Below are positions 48,551-63,262 of a stretch of DNA of 64,000 nt, in pieces. Source of the stretch: Torpedo marmorata. Its lineage: Eukaryota. Position 1 is the first letter of the stretch; the number at the start of each line of letters is the position of its first letter. Where the stretch lies: NCBI GenBank assembly GCA_977017645.1, contig OZ360227.1, positions 40,114,001 to 40,178,000 of the forward strand, read 5' to 3'. The notes under the pieces are model-generated. The model did no database searches. It saw only the letters and a program-made list of their open reading frames with translations, and was not told the DNA's origin. The translations under genes and the position numbers were made by a program.

Positions 48551-49912
48551 ACTGCCCCTCTTGATAAAATTAAATCTGCACGGGAACAGGATTTAAGCCT
48601 TTCATTGTCTGATGAGGTTTGGGATTTAATCCTTAAATTGGTTAACTCCACATCCCTCTGTGCCCGTCATTGTATGTTTTGGACATGCCCTAGCTTTGAA
48701 AAATATTGGAGGGATGTTTTCCAAACCCTATCCTTAATCCTTAATTTAAACCTCGAGCCTAACCCCCTGGTTGCCTTGCCCTCTTTGGTATCACTGGAGA
48801 GGATGACGGACGATGACGTCCGTTTGACTCCAGTTAAATCTTGGGTTCTGTCTTTTGCCTCTCTTTTGGCCAGACGTGCGATATTACTAAGATGGAGGGA
48901 TGTTGCCCTGCCAACTCATGCTCAGTGGTTGAGGGATATTATGTCCTGTTTAAATCTAGAAAAGATTCGTTATTCTGTTAGTGACTCAGACAGAAGGTTT
49001 CAAAACTTATGGGGATCTTTCCTGAGCTACTTTCAGAACCTCTAGTTTTATTATAAAACCTGTCTTCCAACATTTTATTATATTACTCCAGGTACAAGGC
49101 ATACTTTAATTATTAAACTTCGACTTGGTAATGGGCTCAAGAGATGGGGAGAAAATAAAAATGTAACATTCAGGATAAAATTGTAAGATGTTTTGTTACT
49201 TTATAGATGTACTTTATAAATTAGATAACTATTGATTTCTTTATATTTGACATCTCAGTTGTGTATTTTACAAATTTTCTGTATATATCTGTTTACTTAT
49301 GTAAAATTCAAAATTCAATAAAATATTTAGAAAGAAAAAAAACTTTGTTCAGTATGAATCAGACACAAAATATTAATACAGATGAACTTGGTGAAAAACT
49401 AGCAAAGACTAAACACCAGTCTTTTTTAATATTATTTTTTAAAGATCATTGATTACTTCTTTCCATATATGCTGCCTGACCTGCTGAGTTTTCCTAGCAT
49501 TTTCAGTTTGTCTACCAGTGATCTTGGAGCAGCATTGGAGAACTACAATAACAGATACAATAACAGGTCTTAGATGATCCCCGTGATCGAGAATGATGCA
49601 TCCATTTCGGCAAGATCATGACTGAGGTGACTGGAGTTAAAATGGCAAAACAGACTCCACCACAGGTTGGCACCAAGTGCAAGGCCGGGTGGGCAGAGGG
49701 TAGTTTGGGCAGGAGATGAATTCCTCCACTGTTTACCTGACTTCCTAGAGCCCCCAACAAATGGACTTGGTTCTCATTACCAACCCAAACACATTCATTT
49801 TGAGTAATCTTGGACCCTGGATTCCAGGAGTCAGTGCAAATGTTGAAATATTATTGAATTTCTTCTGTGCACTGACTGATATCTTGACATTACAGAACTT
49901 GAAGGAGAGTCA

Positions 49913-51085
49913 TGGCATACAACAGGATGCTCTTTATCGACTACAGTTCGGCATTCAACACCATCATCCCCTCAAAACTGATCAGCAAACTTCAAGACCT
50001 GGGACTCAACTCGCCACTGTGTAATTGGATCCTTGATTTCCTCACCTACAGTCCACAATCAGTGAGGATTGGTAAGAACATCTCCTCCACAATCTCCATC
50101 AGTACCGGAGCACCTCAGGACTGCGTTCTTAGCCCCCTACTCTACTCGCAATACACCTATGACTGTGTGGCTCGGTACGACAACAACACCATCTACAAAT
50201 TCGCTGATGATATCACGGTAGTGGGTTGCATAAAAAGAGGTGATGAGTCAGCATACAGGAGGGAGATTGAAAACTTGGCCGAATGGTGCACCAACAATAA
50301 CCTCGCACTCAATGTCACCAAAACCAAGGAGCTGATTGTTGACTTCAGGAAGTGAAAACCAGATGTGTACGACCCAGTGATCATTGGGGGATCAGAGGTG
50401 GAGAGGGAGAGCAAATGTAAGTTCTTGGGAGTCACTATCTCAGAGAATCTTTCCTGGAGCCAGCACACCAATGGCTTCGTGAAGAAAGCACGTCAGTGCT
50501 TCTACTTCCTCAGGAGTTTGCGGATGTTTGGTATGACATCGGAAACCCTGGCAAATTTCTACAGATGTGTGGTGGAAAGTGTGCCGACTGGCTACATCAC
50601 GGTCTGGTATGGGGACACCAATACTCCCGAGCATAGAGCCCTGCAAAAGGTAATGGACACAGCCCAGGACATCACAGGCAAACCCCTTCCCACCATTGAG
50701 AACATCTACGGGGAACGCTGCTGTCGGAGAGCAGCAGCAATCATCAAGGATCCACACCACCCAGCACATGCTCTGTTCTCGCTGCTACCATCAGGAAAGA
50801 GGTATAGGTGCCACAAGACTCCCACCACCAGGCTCAGGAACAGCTGCTACTTCTCCACCATCAGACTCCTCAACAACAAACTCAATCAGGGACTCATTAC
50901 TCAAAAGTAAGTGCTCTTACTTTTGCACTTTTTTTTCACCTCTCTGTATTGAACAGTCAGTTGTTTACATTTGTTTGTTTACATGTGCACATTGTGTACC
51001 ATTTTTTTTTGCACTATCAATAAGTGGTAATTCTGCCTGGCCCGCAGAAGAAAGAATCTCAGGGTTATATGTGATGTGATCTGAA
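49913..51085 (+). mobile_element. Rex1/Babar LINE 3' part
   Basis: [30 protein letters not shown]; HPAHALFSLLPSGKRY. Confidence 0.92.
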
Positions 51086-51360
51086 ATGTATCACAGTCTT
51101 ATGGCAGGAACATAATTAAAGCCTCACCTGGAAGGGACCCAGAAGTACTTTCACTTATCTTTCCATGTACTTGGAGGATTTGGAAGAGACATGGTGGCAT
51201 TTTTCCAGGTGCTGCATTTCCCAAATCTCATAAGTTCAAGTTTGTTATCATCTCACTGTACATATATAACCAGACAAAACTGCGTTTCTCTGGACAGCGG
51301 TGCATACACAGCACAGAATAATCACATATATACAGAAAGATGTAATTTAAAAATAAATAT

Positions 51361-52219
51361 TGTTATGGACCATAACTGACCATTTGGACTGTGGACGGTC
51401 AGCAGGAAGGATGAAGTCTTTTGGAGTATACACTGGGACCAGGTACTGAAAGAGTTAACTTGCCCAGGACTTGGTGTACCCAGAGAGAGAGAGAGCAGAG
51501 AGAGACAGGCTGTGGAAAAGATACTTTGTTGCACTTTTGCAAAAGCAGGTGCAGACCTCTGCAAAAAGCAGACAGTTGGGAGTTGCAAAGGCGAGAGAAC
51601 ACAGCCAAATCCAGGCTTGTGCATCCCAGAGAAAAGGCTGGAAGAATAGCACATGGCCTCCTGTCTCAGAGAAATCCTGAGTTAAAAGCAACTTCTGTGG
51701 AGAACAGGCGTGAGATCAGCGAGACCAGCTGTGAGATCCAAGCACACGCCTCAATCAGTGGTATACTGATCTGAATTCGCAATCCTTATGAAAACACAAG
51801 AAGGGAATGTCATCAGAGAAGAAAAACAAGTATTTGTAAGCATAAACAGTCATTGTCTCTCTCCAACGTTCATTCAGAAGTACTTCTACCAGCACACAGA
51901 GCTGAATTTGAAACCTGAACTTAGAGAGTGAATTTTTGTGGACTGTATTAATCTTTTTTTGACTGACTTGTTATTACGACTGACCTGGGGTTTTTTGGGG
52001 AAAGTTTTTCCATTTTTACATAAGGGTTGGGCACAGACTGTAATGGTCTGGGCTTTACACACACACACACACCTTTGAGATAAGAATAGTGTTTATAGAC
52101 GTTTATAGTGGGGTTAATTGTTGTGAAATTATATGTTTAATTGTCTTTAATAAATATAAATTTCAATTTTACCCCTTTTGCATTGCGTCTTCTGTCGTTG
52201 CTGGTTTGATTTCGTAACA
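51361..52219 (+). mobile_element. Solo LTR (Gypsy-like, 4-bp TSD) inserted in a minus-strand Rex1 3' tail
   Basis: TGTTA...TAACA termini. ATAT on both flanks (51357-60, 52220-23). AATAAA near 52149. The Rex1 tail is continuous across 51233-51360 and 52224-52370. Confidence 0.75.
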
Positions 52220-53959
52220 ATATATATATATAAATATTTTGGGATGATTTACTCGGTAACATGATACAGTTCATCAATCTTACAGCTTGCGGGAAGAAGC
52301 TATTTCCCAGCCTGGCAGTCCTGATTTTGATGCTCCTGTACTTCCTTCTTGATGGTGGTGGGTCAAAGATACAAGGGCAAGAATCACTGCTGCCCAGAAA
52401 ATCATGAGCTCTGTGCTGGATTATAAATCTTGATCTTCAAATACTTTCCCTCAATTATCAGAGGGTGTGCTGACACAATGAAGATGATGGAGAATGATGT
52501 CATCAATGTCTGACTTCATTAAGAGGTAGCTCCTGAGACACTGGAAATGGTCCACATTTTCCAGGAGCAAACAGCAAATTGCTGTTGAGTGCTGCACGTC
52601 ACACAGCATGCAAGAATGCATTAGGGCGGCACGTAGCGGTTAGCGCAATGCCTTTGCAGCGCCAGCGATCGGGATAGGGTTCGAATCCCGCACTGTCTGT
52701 AAGGAGTTTGTACGTTCTCCCAGTGTCTGCGTGGGTTTTCCCTGGGGACTCACGTTTCGCACGGTGGGAGGAAACCTTCCGGGGGTGTAGGTTAATTGGG
52801 TGTAACTTGGGCGGCACGGACTCGTGGGCCGAAATGGCCTGTATGTCTAAATTTAAATGCTCAGCCAACATTTTGGATCGGGATCCTTTTTCAAGACTAA
52901 AATAAAAAAAGGTGAAAAGAAGCTGAGGGAGAGGCCCAGAGATGATAGGGTGTAGGATAAGTGTGGGAGGTAGAAAGAGGGCCACTGGGGTGGGGAAGGG
53001 GGTGGAATAAAAGACAAGAGAGGGAAAAACTACAGGAGTAGGTAAAGAAGGAAAATGGAACCAGATGTTTACCTAAAATTGAAAAGAACATGGACGTTCA
53101 TGCTGTTAGGTTCAAGGCTGTGCAGAGGAATGTGTTGTTCCTCAAGTTGTTTGCTCAAGATTCCAGTATCTGCAGTAATTGTGTTTTTCCACCTATTCCA
53201 TCCAGGATTTTGTCGTGGACTTTTATTGTCAGAGGGCAGTATCATTAGTCAGGGGCAGGTAGATCAATTGCAAAGTCCATCTCTCATGAATGAGTAACTT
53301 GCATTGACTTGTGGCTCTGGCTTATGAAAGCACACAGACACAAATGTTGCCTGTATACTGCACTTTAACTGCTGCAGTGTGGGTGACTTTGGCTCCGGAG
53401 TGGAGGCAACTTAGATTAACATTTTCTTGTTAGTCCGGTGGTTTACCTCCACTCCATGGAGAAACTCAATGATGGCAAGGTGTAAAACTGTAGCAAGACA
53501 GACAGATAAAAGTTGGGGACAAGACAAGTGCTTCCTTGACACTGGTATGCAGAGATTGAATCTGTTATGGGTCTGATCGTGGCTTGCTTGCCATCATCAT
53601 GAAGCAAATGTAAGCTGGCAGGGAAACAAGTTTGAGAACTGTGCTCCACACTGCCTCTCAGTTGACAGAGTAAAGGCTTTAAAGAGCTTGAAAAAGTGGT
53701 TGGTGGTGCTCTGTATTTCTCTTAGAGTAATTTATTTTCTTCTCCTTGCAAAAAGTGAACTTGTCACTAAGATAGCGGATTAATTCTTATGTAAATCATA
53801 AACTGCAGATGCTGGATATATGAAATAAAAACACAAATATAAATTAAACAAAATCATAAACAGAACTGCTGAAGAGTCTTCGACCCCAAACTCGCTCTAA
53901 TTCCACTGATGCTGCTTAACCATATGTTTCCAGCACCTTGTGCTTTAATTATGAGTCGA

Positions 53960-55980
53960 CATTAAGTACAGGTGAGGTGCCAGAAGACTGGAGGGTGGCA
54001 AATATTGTGCCTCTATTCAAGAAAGGCTGCAGTAAAAGCCTGGGAACTGCAGGCCAGTGAGGCTAACATCTGTGGTTGGTGAATTACGAGAGAATATTCT
54101 GAGGGAGAAGATACACATGCACTTGGATGGACGAGGGCTATAGGGATGGACAAGGGATAGGGATAATCAGCATGGTTTTGTAACTGGGAGGTCATGTCTC
54201 ACAAATCTGATCGAGTTTTTTGAAGGTTGATGAGGGCAGAGCTGTAGATGTTGTATACATGGATTTCAGCAAGGCATTTGATATTATTTTGCACGGTAGG
54301 CTGTTCTGGAAGGTTAGATCACGTGATCCAAGGTGTGGTAGCAGAATTGATAGAAAATTGGATTCATGGTAGAAAACAGGGTGATGGTGGAAGTTGCTTT
54401 TCAGAGTGGAAGCCTGTGACTAGTGGTGTGCCACAGGGTTCAATGCTGGGCCCATTGCTGTTTGTCATCCATATTAAAACGTACATGGCATGATTAGCAG
54501 TTTGCTGATGACACTCAACTGCCTGATATTGTAGATAATGAACACAGTTGCAAAAGATATCTTGATATGTTGGGCAGGTGAGCTTTAACAATTTAATACA
54601 AAAAAAATGTGAGATGTTTCATTTTGGGAGATCTAACATGGAAAGGATCTACACAGTGATTGTGAATCTGGGAAGTGTTTTAGAGCAGAGGGCTTTAGGA
54701 GTACAGGTACTTAGTACCTTGAAAGTATTGTTACAGGTAGATAGGGTTGTCAAAAAAGCTTTTGGCACATTGGCCATCAGAGTATTGAGTATAGAAGTTC
54801 ATGTTGAAGGTCATGTTGCAGTTGTACAAGACATTGGTGAAGCCCCATTTGGAGTATTGTTCAGTTTTGGTCACTGCTATCGGAAAGACGTTGTCAAGCT
54901 GGAAAGGGTGCAGAGAAAATAGAGGACAAACCAGTGTTTTATTGCACTCGTGTCGTTCAGTGTCGGAATCCGAACTTGCTGCACTAAAGCATGGAAATCT
55001 GCTTTTGAAGCTGCGCTCTGCTAATTTGACCTGGGAACAGTGAGGCTATGTGTTTGAGTGTGGGAGAACAACTGTGAGAGGCATGGGTAGGTATTAGGAA
55101 ATATACTTTGTATTTTAGTTACCGTAATTGGATTTACCGAAAGTTTTAAAATATTTACCAGTCATTTTTGTTTTAACATTTAAATTTAGAAATATTTTGA
55201 ATAGGCTTATTTATAATCAATAACTTATTTTCTTTTAAACATCTCAATGTTGGGTGCATTATGTAGCATTTCATGAGTGGTTCGACAGCTGTCTAAGATG
55301 GGAGGTGTTTCTCAGTGAGGTGTCAGGTTTTTTCCATAGTTATTTTATGGACGAGACTGATTCTCGTGCAAGGCCCTACGGTGGCAAGTGGTGAAGAAGG
55401 CATGCCATATGGCATGCTGCCTATTGGGTCAGTTAATAGAATATGAGTTGAGACATTTTGTTACAACTTGAAAAAAACACTTGTGAGGCTGCACTTGGGA
55501 GTATTCTGGTTGCCAATTATAGGAAGGATGTGATTACACTTGAGAAAGTGCAGAGTAGATTCACCAGGATGTTGCCTGATTTGGAGGAATTTAGTTATGA
55601 GGAGAGATTGGATTGGGGGGGCAGTGATGAAAGGTGATGATAGAAGTATCTAAGATTGAGAAATTTAGATAGGGGAGATCAAAATATTTTCCCATGGTAA
55701 GGATATCAAAATTGAGGGCATAGGTTTAAAGTGAGAGGAAGGAGATCTGAGGGGCAAGTACGGTATTTGTTTTTCACAGACTGTTTGATGTCTGTAATAC
55801 TGTCAGACGAGATTGTAGAATTAGATACAATAACTATGTTTATGAATAATTTAGACAGGCACTGAAGTAAGCAAGATATAGAAGGACATAGTCCTAACTT
55901 AGGCAATTGATATTATTGTAAATGGGCAAAAAGATAGGCATGGATGGGTCAAAGGGCCTGTTTCTGTGCTGCACAGTTCT
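53960..55980 (+). mobile_element. Decayed CR1 ORF2 fragments
   Basis: [42 protein letters not shown] remnants. A non-CR1 stretch lies at ~54925-55380. Confidence 0.8.
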
Positions 55981-56256
55981 GGGTCTCTCAGAGTCTACTG
56001 CTGCATTGCCTTATGTCATTTACTGCTGGGATGACGCTAACCAGTAAGTTCACAACATTAGATCTCTGCAAGATGGTATGATAGGACAGGGAAGAATGAA
56101 AGCAGTTTCCATCTGACAGCAAGTTCTGGACGATTGTTTTTGAATTCAGTTTGTTTCTAGCTTTATAAGAAATGGGAACCTTGTCCACTGGTTCCTCAAG
56201 TAGTAGCTACTTTTTATTCCTTTTTCAGTTTATTTTTTATCCAGTTGAAGTTTTCA

Positions 56257-57485
56257 GATTTATTATCAGAGTACATACATGATATGACATGAAACCCTGA
56301 GATTCTTTTTCCTGGGGGTGAGGCAGAATTACCACTTATTGGTAGTGCAAAAAAACTGAACAATGTACACATGTAAACAAATAAAGAAATTTAAACATCA
56401 GTGCAATACAGAGAGAAAAAATCAATAAAGTGCAAAACTAAGAGTCCTTAAATGATTCGCTGATTGAATTTGTTGTTGAGGAGTCTGATGGTGGAGGGTA
56501 CCAGCTGTTCCTGAACCTGGTGGTGCGAGTCTTGTGGCAGCTATACCTCTTTCTTGAGAGTAGCAGCGAGAACAGAACGTGTGCTGAGTGATGTGGATCC
56601 TTGATGATTGCTGCTGCTCTCCGACGGCAGCGTTCCCTGTAGATGTTCTCGATGGTGGGGAGGGTTTTGCCTGTGATGTCTTTGGCTGTGTCCACTACCT
56701 TTTGCAGGGATTTATGCTCAGGGGTATTGGTATCCCCATACTAGACCTTGATGCAGCCGGTCAGCACACTTTCCACCACACATCTGTAGAAATTTGCCAG
56801 GGTTTCCGATATCATACCAGACCTCCGCAAACTCCTGAGGAAGTAGAGGCACTGACGTGCTTTCTTCATGATGCCATTAGTGTGTTGGCTCCAGGAAAGA
56901 TCCTCCAAGGTCGTGATTCACAAGAACTTAAATTTGCTCACCCTCTCCACCTCTGAACCCCCAATAATCACGGGATCATACGTCTCTGGTTTTCCCTTCA
57001 TGATTGACATTGAGTGTGAGGTTGTTGTTGGTGAACCATTCAGCCAAGCTTTCAATCTCCCTCCTGTATGCTAACTCATCGCCCCTTTTATCCAACCCAC
57101 TACCGTGGTATCATCAGCGAATTTGTAGATGGTGTTGTTGTCGTACCGAGCCACACAGTCATAGGTGTATTGCGAGTAGAGTAGGGGGCTAAGAACTCAG
57201 TCCTGAGGTGCTCCGGTACTGATGGAGATTGTGGAGGAGATGTTCTTACCAATCTTCACTGATTGTGGACTGTAGATGAAGAAATCAAGGATCCAATATT
57301 ACTCAGAGGGGTGTTGAATCCCAGGACTTGGAGTTTGCTGATCAGTTTTGAGGTGATGATGGTGTTGAATGCTGAACTGTAGTCGATAAAGAGCATCCTG
57401 ATGTATGCATCTTTGCTGTCCAGGTGTTCCAGGGCTTTGTATAGAGCCAGTGAGATGGCACCCACCGTAGACTTGTTGCTACGAA
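56257..57485 (-). mobile_element. Rex1/Babar LINE 3' part (same family as 49913-51085)
   Basis: [32 protein letters not shown]; AAAIIKDPHH.AH.LFSLL; tail matches. Confidence 0.9.
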
Positions 57486-57585
57486 AGTTTGACCATGCCC
57501 TGAGTTTAGTCAAAATCTATTCATCTCATCACTCCTTTCACCTCCACCTAAGTGCACAGTTAGACCTGCTAGGATAAACAGAGCT

Positions 57586-57780
57586 TTATGTACACATCAT
57601 CCAACTTAATCTACTGCTTTCAGTGTATTCGGTGTGGCCTCCTATACATGGGTGAGATCAAATGTAGATTTAGTGATTGCTTTGTGAAACACCCAAGTGA
57701 TGTTTGTGGATCTAAGCTTGAGCTTCCTGTACCCAACCATTTCAACTCTCCCAATCATTCCTACAATGATTCATCCATTT
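57586..57780 (+). mobile_element. Old Penelope GIY-YIG fragment
   Basis: TSSNLIYCFQCIRCGLLYMGE..RFSDCF.KH..LPV.NHFNS. Confidence 0.75.
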
Positions 57781-57944
57781 GTCTGCAATTAAGTGCGTAG
57801 TTTTGTGTACTACACGTTCATCCCCTGGCCTTAATTTGGTATCAAGATTAAATCCTGAGATGAAGTAGCCACAAGATACCTGTTGTGCAAAGTACAAAGG
57901 TGTCACACTGTACACTTGGGTGTGGTCTAGAAGTTTGGGCTGTG

Positions 57945-58660
57945 TATGATTAGGACAACATCTCCCTCAATGTCAGCCAGACCAAGGAGCTCATCATAGA
58001 CTTCCAGAAGAGGGATGGAACTCACTCCTCTGTCCACATCAACAGCAGTGAAGTGAAAATAATAGTGAACTTTAACTTTTTACAATTATAAATCTCTAAC
58101 AACCTGTTCATGTTGATGTGATGGTCAGAAACCTGAGGAAATTTTACATGTAACCTGTGTCCCTCAAGAACTTCTACTGATGAACCACTGAAAGTTTCCT
58201 GCCAGGGTGCATCAAATCATGGTGTGGGAACTGTTCTTCCTAAAACTGCAGGAAATTGCAGAGAGTTGTGAATGCAGCTTAGACCATCACACAACAACCC
58301 TGCCCCCTCCCCTCCATTGACTCCATCTACACCTCCTGCTGCCTTGGAAATGCAGCCAACATGAGACTTATCCCACCCCGGCCACACTCTCTTCACCCTC
58401 CTCCTGTTGGCAAGAAGATTTGCGAGTATTACATCACGCACCACCAGATTCAATAACAGTTTCTTTCCCACTGTTACCAGATTCTTGAACAAACTTCACA
58501 CTGGCCAAATAATGTTGGCTTTTCTCTGTTCTAACTGATCTCTCTCTGGAATGCTGCACTCTGTACAGTGTTTATACTGCTGCACTCTGCACTAGCTGGA
58601 CTGCTTGCAAAACAAATTTCCTCACTGTACCTCAGTACATGTGACAATAAACTTGAAAGT
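57945..58660 (+). mobile_element. Decayed Rex1 3' fragment
   Basis: LNVSQTKELIIDF-like segment; tail ..ATGTGACAATAAACTTGAA. Confidence 0.75.
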
Positions 58661-61069
58661 TACATTACATTATGCTGGTAGTTTCATGCTGTTTTAATCC
58701 TTTCCTGTTCTGGACTGGTTAATGGGGTAGTCTGAGGGAGTTGACTCAATCTTGTGCTCTCCTTGCTGGTGTAGTGTACAGGGAACTTCATTGTGTAGTT
58801 TATGTGCATCCTTCTAGGAATTAAGATTATATTTTTTGTCATTGATAGATCAAGCTTGATATTATTGCTGTTTATGAAGCACAGTGATGTTAAAGGAGTA
58901 GCTCTTTGCACAAAAGATTATTTTATTTCCTCCGTCAATTCCTTTTGCTGAAGTGGACACAGATTTAATATTCACTAATAATTAGCTTTTGATGTCACTG
59001 TACAGCCAGTGCAAACTCAAGTTAGGAACAAGTAGTTCTCGTTCTTTTTAGGCAAACAAAGCAATTGTCAATTTGAAATTAATAGAGAAAACACTGTGCA
59101 AATAAAGGATTCCCTATTGCTGTCAACACTGAGAAAGCGGAAAAAACAAATTTCTCCAGAAAACTGCTCTTACTGAAATCACAGATTGCATCTTGTGTGA
59201 CTGACTTAAGGTAAACAAATTCTCTGCTCTTTTCAACCTCTAGGCAGCTTTTAACACAATTGTCTATTCATGTCTTCAGTGGCTCCTCTTTTCCCCTTTC
59301 TGATTATCAGCTCGTGTTCCATGGTCCTTTCTTTTTTGCTACCTACATACAGTATTTCACCTCAGCATCAACATTCAAAAAGTAATCAGTTTCTCATGAA
59401 CGTTAATATCATGCAGCTCAGTCTTGCTAAATATTTCTAAGGACAAAGCTCTGCCTTAGGTTCAATTCATTCCTCTGGCAATTGTTGATACTGAATCAGG
59501 CTGTTTGCATCCTTGGTATTATCTTTGACTCCTGGATACGCTTTTCTGTTCTACTACTGTAAATCACCTAAATCTTTGCCTCAACTTATTTGCTGCTAAA
59601 ATTGCTTACTACCGTGAACTTTTTCAACTTATGGAAACACGAACCTCTCACAAATTTGTTTATATTGAAACTTTGACCAGGTCCTCTTCATTTTTACCAC
59701 TGGATGCACTGACAACATTGGTTCCAGTGGTTATACTGTAGTCCCTTGGCTTTTAAAAAATTTCATTTTCTTTTCAAATCCCTCTGTGAATTTGGACCTG
59801 TCTCACTCTGCAACCTCTGCCAACCCTCGGACTTTTCCGATGTATCAAGCATGATTTTCTATGAATCTAATGTACTTCAGCCCTTGGAAATTCTTATTTG
59901 GATACATTTTAACTAGTGATTCTTCATCTGACTTTTTGGTAATTTTCCTTAAAATCAACTCTAGTTGTTCAATGTCATAATGTACTTAGTGTCTTTGTGA
60001 TGAATCGTTTGACAGGCTTTGCAAAAATAAAACATTATATGTGATGTATGTGGGTATTATAGAATGCAAAAAACATTAAGAGTTTTCCGTAACTGGAATG
60101 TTTCGATAGTCGGAAATTAACAAAAATATTGTGGGAAAAGATCGCAGAAATTCTGTGAAGGGAGAGCGAACAACTGCAGGAAGAGCTGCTGGCCTCACTG
60201 ACTTGGCGAGCTCTGCTCAGCTCAACTCAACCCCTGATTGTTGTGGTTTGGGTGGGGAAGGGAAGACACGGAAAAGCCAAGTTCCTGTCGGGCGGAAGAT
60301 ATCTGGAGCCCCGCAGCAGACTACAAATCCATCCAGCCAGTCTCCCAAACCCTGCAGCAACGGGCAAACCTATACCTTGTAGACCTCTGAACAACTAGCA
60401 CAGCGGATCAAACCGCTAGTTCCCGCTGAAAATATCGCCTTCCCCTCGAGAGCATACAGCAACACGATCAGGCTCCGACCGCACTGGCCAACCCAAAGCA
60501 CTTGATTAGCACCACAGACTCACATGTGAAGCTCTGCTATAAAGTTCAAAAATGTTTAAAAATTCATCGTAAAATTTCGTGAAGTTGAAAATTCATGCCA
60601 GTGATATTGTAACTGGGCAACTTGTATTGCAAACAAAGGGTTATACTGTGACTTGCATTTCACCCCTCCCTCTGCATCATTCTCCCTTTTTTAACATCCC
60701 TTAGGATTGAGAGTGACTTACTTTCACCCTAGCACATCATACAGTTAAATGGTGAGTGAACTTTATTCTGCCAACTAAATAGCAGCCCAATACAGTTCAA
60801 CAAAAGATATCAATGATCCTGTTGAATATGCAGGAAATTCAACAGTTAATAATCTATAACCTTCTGAATAACAGGAGTCTAAAGGCTGTACTGAGTAATC
60901 TTGTTGAATAATGAACAGTTTCACAGCAGGGTATTACAAATTTAGAACCCCAAAGGAAATTGATAAATAGAATTAATGCCAATAAGCAGTTGCAAGGGAC
61001 ATGTTGTTGAGCTAGTTTTTAAGGAGATGTAACCCATGAATTAAAACCTCAGGTTTTAGTTCAATATCA

Positions 61070-61605
61070 TGTCACGAAGAAGGCTCACCAGTGGCTATAC
61101 TTTGTGAGGTGTTTGAGGAGATTCGATATGTCAACGAAGACTCTCAAAAACTTATACAATGGAGAGCATTCTGGCTGGTTGCATCACTGTCTGGTTCGGA
61201 GGTGCCAACACTCAGGACAAGAAAAAACTCCAGAGGGTTGTTAACTCGGCCTGCGACATCATGGGCACTAGACTTCACTCCATCGAGGACATCTACAAGA
61301 GGCGGTGTCTTAAGAAAGCAGCCTCTATCCTCAAGGACCCCCACCACCCAGGCCATGCCCTCTTCATTCTGCTGCCATCGAGAAAAAGGTATAGGAGCCT
61401 GAAGACGAGCACTCAACAGCACAAGGACAGCTTCTTCCCCGCTGCCATCAGATTCCTGAATGAACAATGAACCAAAGACACTGCCTTACTTTGACTTTTC
61501 GTGCACTATTTTTATTTATTGTTGTAAGGTGATTTATATGAATGTTTGCACTGTGATGCTGCCGCAAAACAACGAATTTCGTGACTTGTTCATGACAATA
61601 GATTC
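61070..61605 (+). mobile_element. Rex1 3' fragment (family of 34122-35146)
   Basis: ESILAGCITVWFG..KKLQRVVNSA..ILKDPHHPGHALF.LLPS; same 3' tail. Confidence 0.9.
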
Positions 61606-62259
61606 AGTTAAAAATATCTCATGGATAAGGTGATAAATTATAAAACTGAAAACTGCCTCAGTGCCGTTAGTTCCAGTTTTTTATATTAATAATTAAGTTA
61701 TACTTTAGTGTGATGTTTGTTTTATATTTAAATAGTTTCTAAGGGGAGAAAGGTTGATATTTTTATCTCATTGTTGAGTCTCAAATAGGTGATGTCCTCC
61801 ATTTAAGTTCTTGGATATGTACTTAACATTAAATTAAATACTTAAGTGTGGTTACTGTTGAATTTTAGGAGTGGTACTGTGTGGGGAACATTTCAATGTT
61901 TTTTTCCAGTTTGTCTCTATTTATTGCCCAACCACTTCCTGAAGCTATTGTTTTCCTTGGGTGTAGTAGTTTCTTGTCTTGTGCAGTAAGGATTGCAATT
62001 TAGGCACAATGATGCATGGAATGTTAGCAACAATGTTATCTCTGCAAAATCTAAATCCACTGGAAGGATGGTGAACCAACATGAGGATCAACTCCCAGGT
62101 CAAAGTCTGCAAAATTTGCTTACGGTAATTATTGTAGCCCCACTTTTTTTAAAAGAAAAGGTAGAGAGAAAATAGTGAATTCCTGAGTGGTGAGCCTAAC
62201 ATTGGACGTGGGTAAAATGTGAGTTCATTATAACAGATGTAATAACGGCACATGGAAAA

Positions 62260-63262
62260 TGATGACAAAGGTAGGTGGAGGAGCAGGTAGTGTTGATGAA
62301 ACAGGGAGGCTGCAAAAGGACTTGGACAGGTTAGAAAAATGGGCAGAGAAGTGGCAAATGAAATACAATGTTGGAATGTGTATGGGCATGCACTTTGGTA
62401 GAAAAAATAAAAGGGCAGACTATTTTCTAAATGGAGAGAAAAGTGAAAATAGCCAGATGCAAAGGGTCCTGGGAGTCCTCATGCAGGATAGCCTGAAGGT
62501 AAACTTGCAGGTTGAGTCGGTGGTGAAGAATGTAAATGTAATGATGGCATTCATTTCAAGATGAATAGAATATAAGAGAATGGATGTGATATTGAGGCTT
62601 TATAAGGCACTGGTGAGACCTCGCAGAGTATTATGAGCAGTTTTGGGCTTGTCATGTTTATAATATGAATGTTAATTGCACTGTGATGCTGCCGCAAAAC
62701 ACCGAATTTCATGACTTGTTCATGACAAATTCTGATTCTGATTTAAGAAAGGATGTGCTGACGTTGGAGAGGGTTCAGAGGAGGTTCACAAGGATGATTC
62801 TGGGAATGAAAGGGTTATCATATGAGGAGCGTTTGACAGCTCTTGGCCTGTACTCGTTGGAATTTAGGAGAATGAGGAGGGATCTCATTGAAACATTTCG
62901 AATGTTGAAAGTTATGGACGGAATAGATGTAGAAAGGTTGTTTCCCATGGTGGGAGAGTCTAGGACAAGAGGGCACAACTTCAGGATTGAAGAGTGTCCT
63001 CTTAGAACAGAGATGTGGAGGCATTTCTATAGCCAGAGGGTTGTAAATCTGTGGAATTTGTTGTCATAGGCAGTTGTGGAGGCCAAGTCGTTGGGTATAT
63101 TTAAGGCGGAGATTAATAGGTTCTTGATTAGCATGGGCATCAAAGGTTATGGGGAGAAGGCCGGGCAGTGGGGTTGTGGGAAAATGGATCAGCTCATGAT
63201 TTAAATGGTGGGGCAGACTTGATAGGCAGAATGGCCTTTTTCTGCTCCTATGTCTTATGGTC
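62260..63262 (+). mobile_element. CR1 3' part with a small Rex1-tail insertion (~62655-62742)
   Basis: LQKDLDRL.KWAEKWQM.YNV; LERVQRRFTRMI.GMKGLSYEERL; typical CR1 3' stem-loop and (TCTTATG) tail. Confidence 0.9.

Larger units (their letters stand above)
43812..49340 (+). mobile_element. Full-length-origin L1-clade LINE with 12-bp TSD; RT region deleted/replaced
   Basis: AACTTTGTTCAG at 43800-11 and 49341-52. ORF1 LESRSRRQNLRILGL..EIDRAH. ORF2 endonuclease SWNVKGLN..LQETH..GGDFN..ISDHAP. C-terminus 48605-49045, then AATAAA and an A-tail. Confidence 0.92.

Noticed and set aside
54960-55086. Candidate exon ending GGCATGG|GTAGGT
   Set aside because: There are stops in all three frames. It could be a UTR exon but is unsupported without transcripts.
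59052-59210. Candidate exon (TTTTTAG...AAG|GTAAAC)
   Set aside because: All frames contain stops before the donor.
60085-60600. Possible DNA-transposon remnant with GC-richer core
   Set aside because: No convincing TIR pair or transposase motif could be defined by eye.
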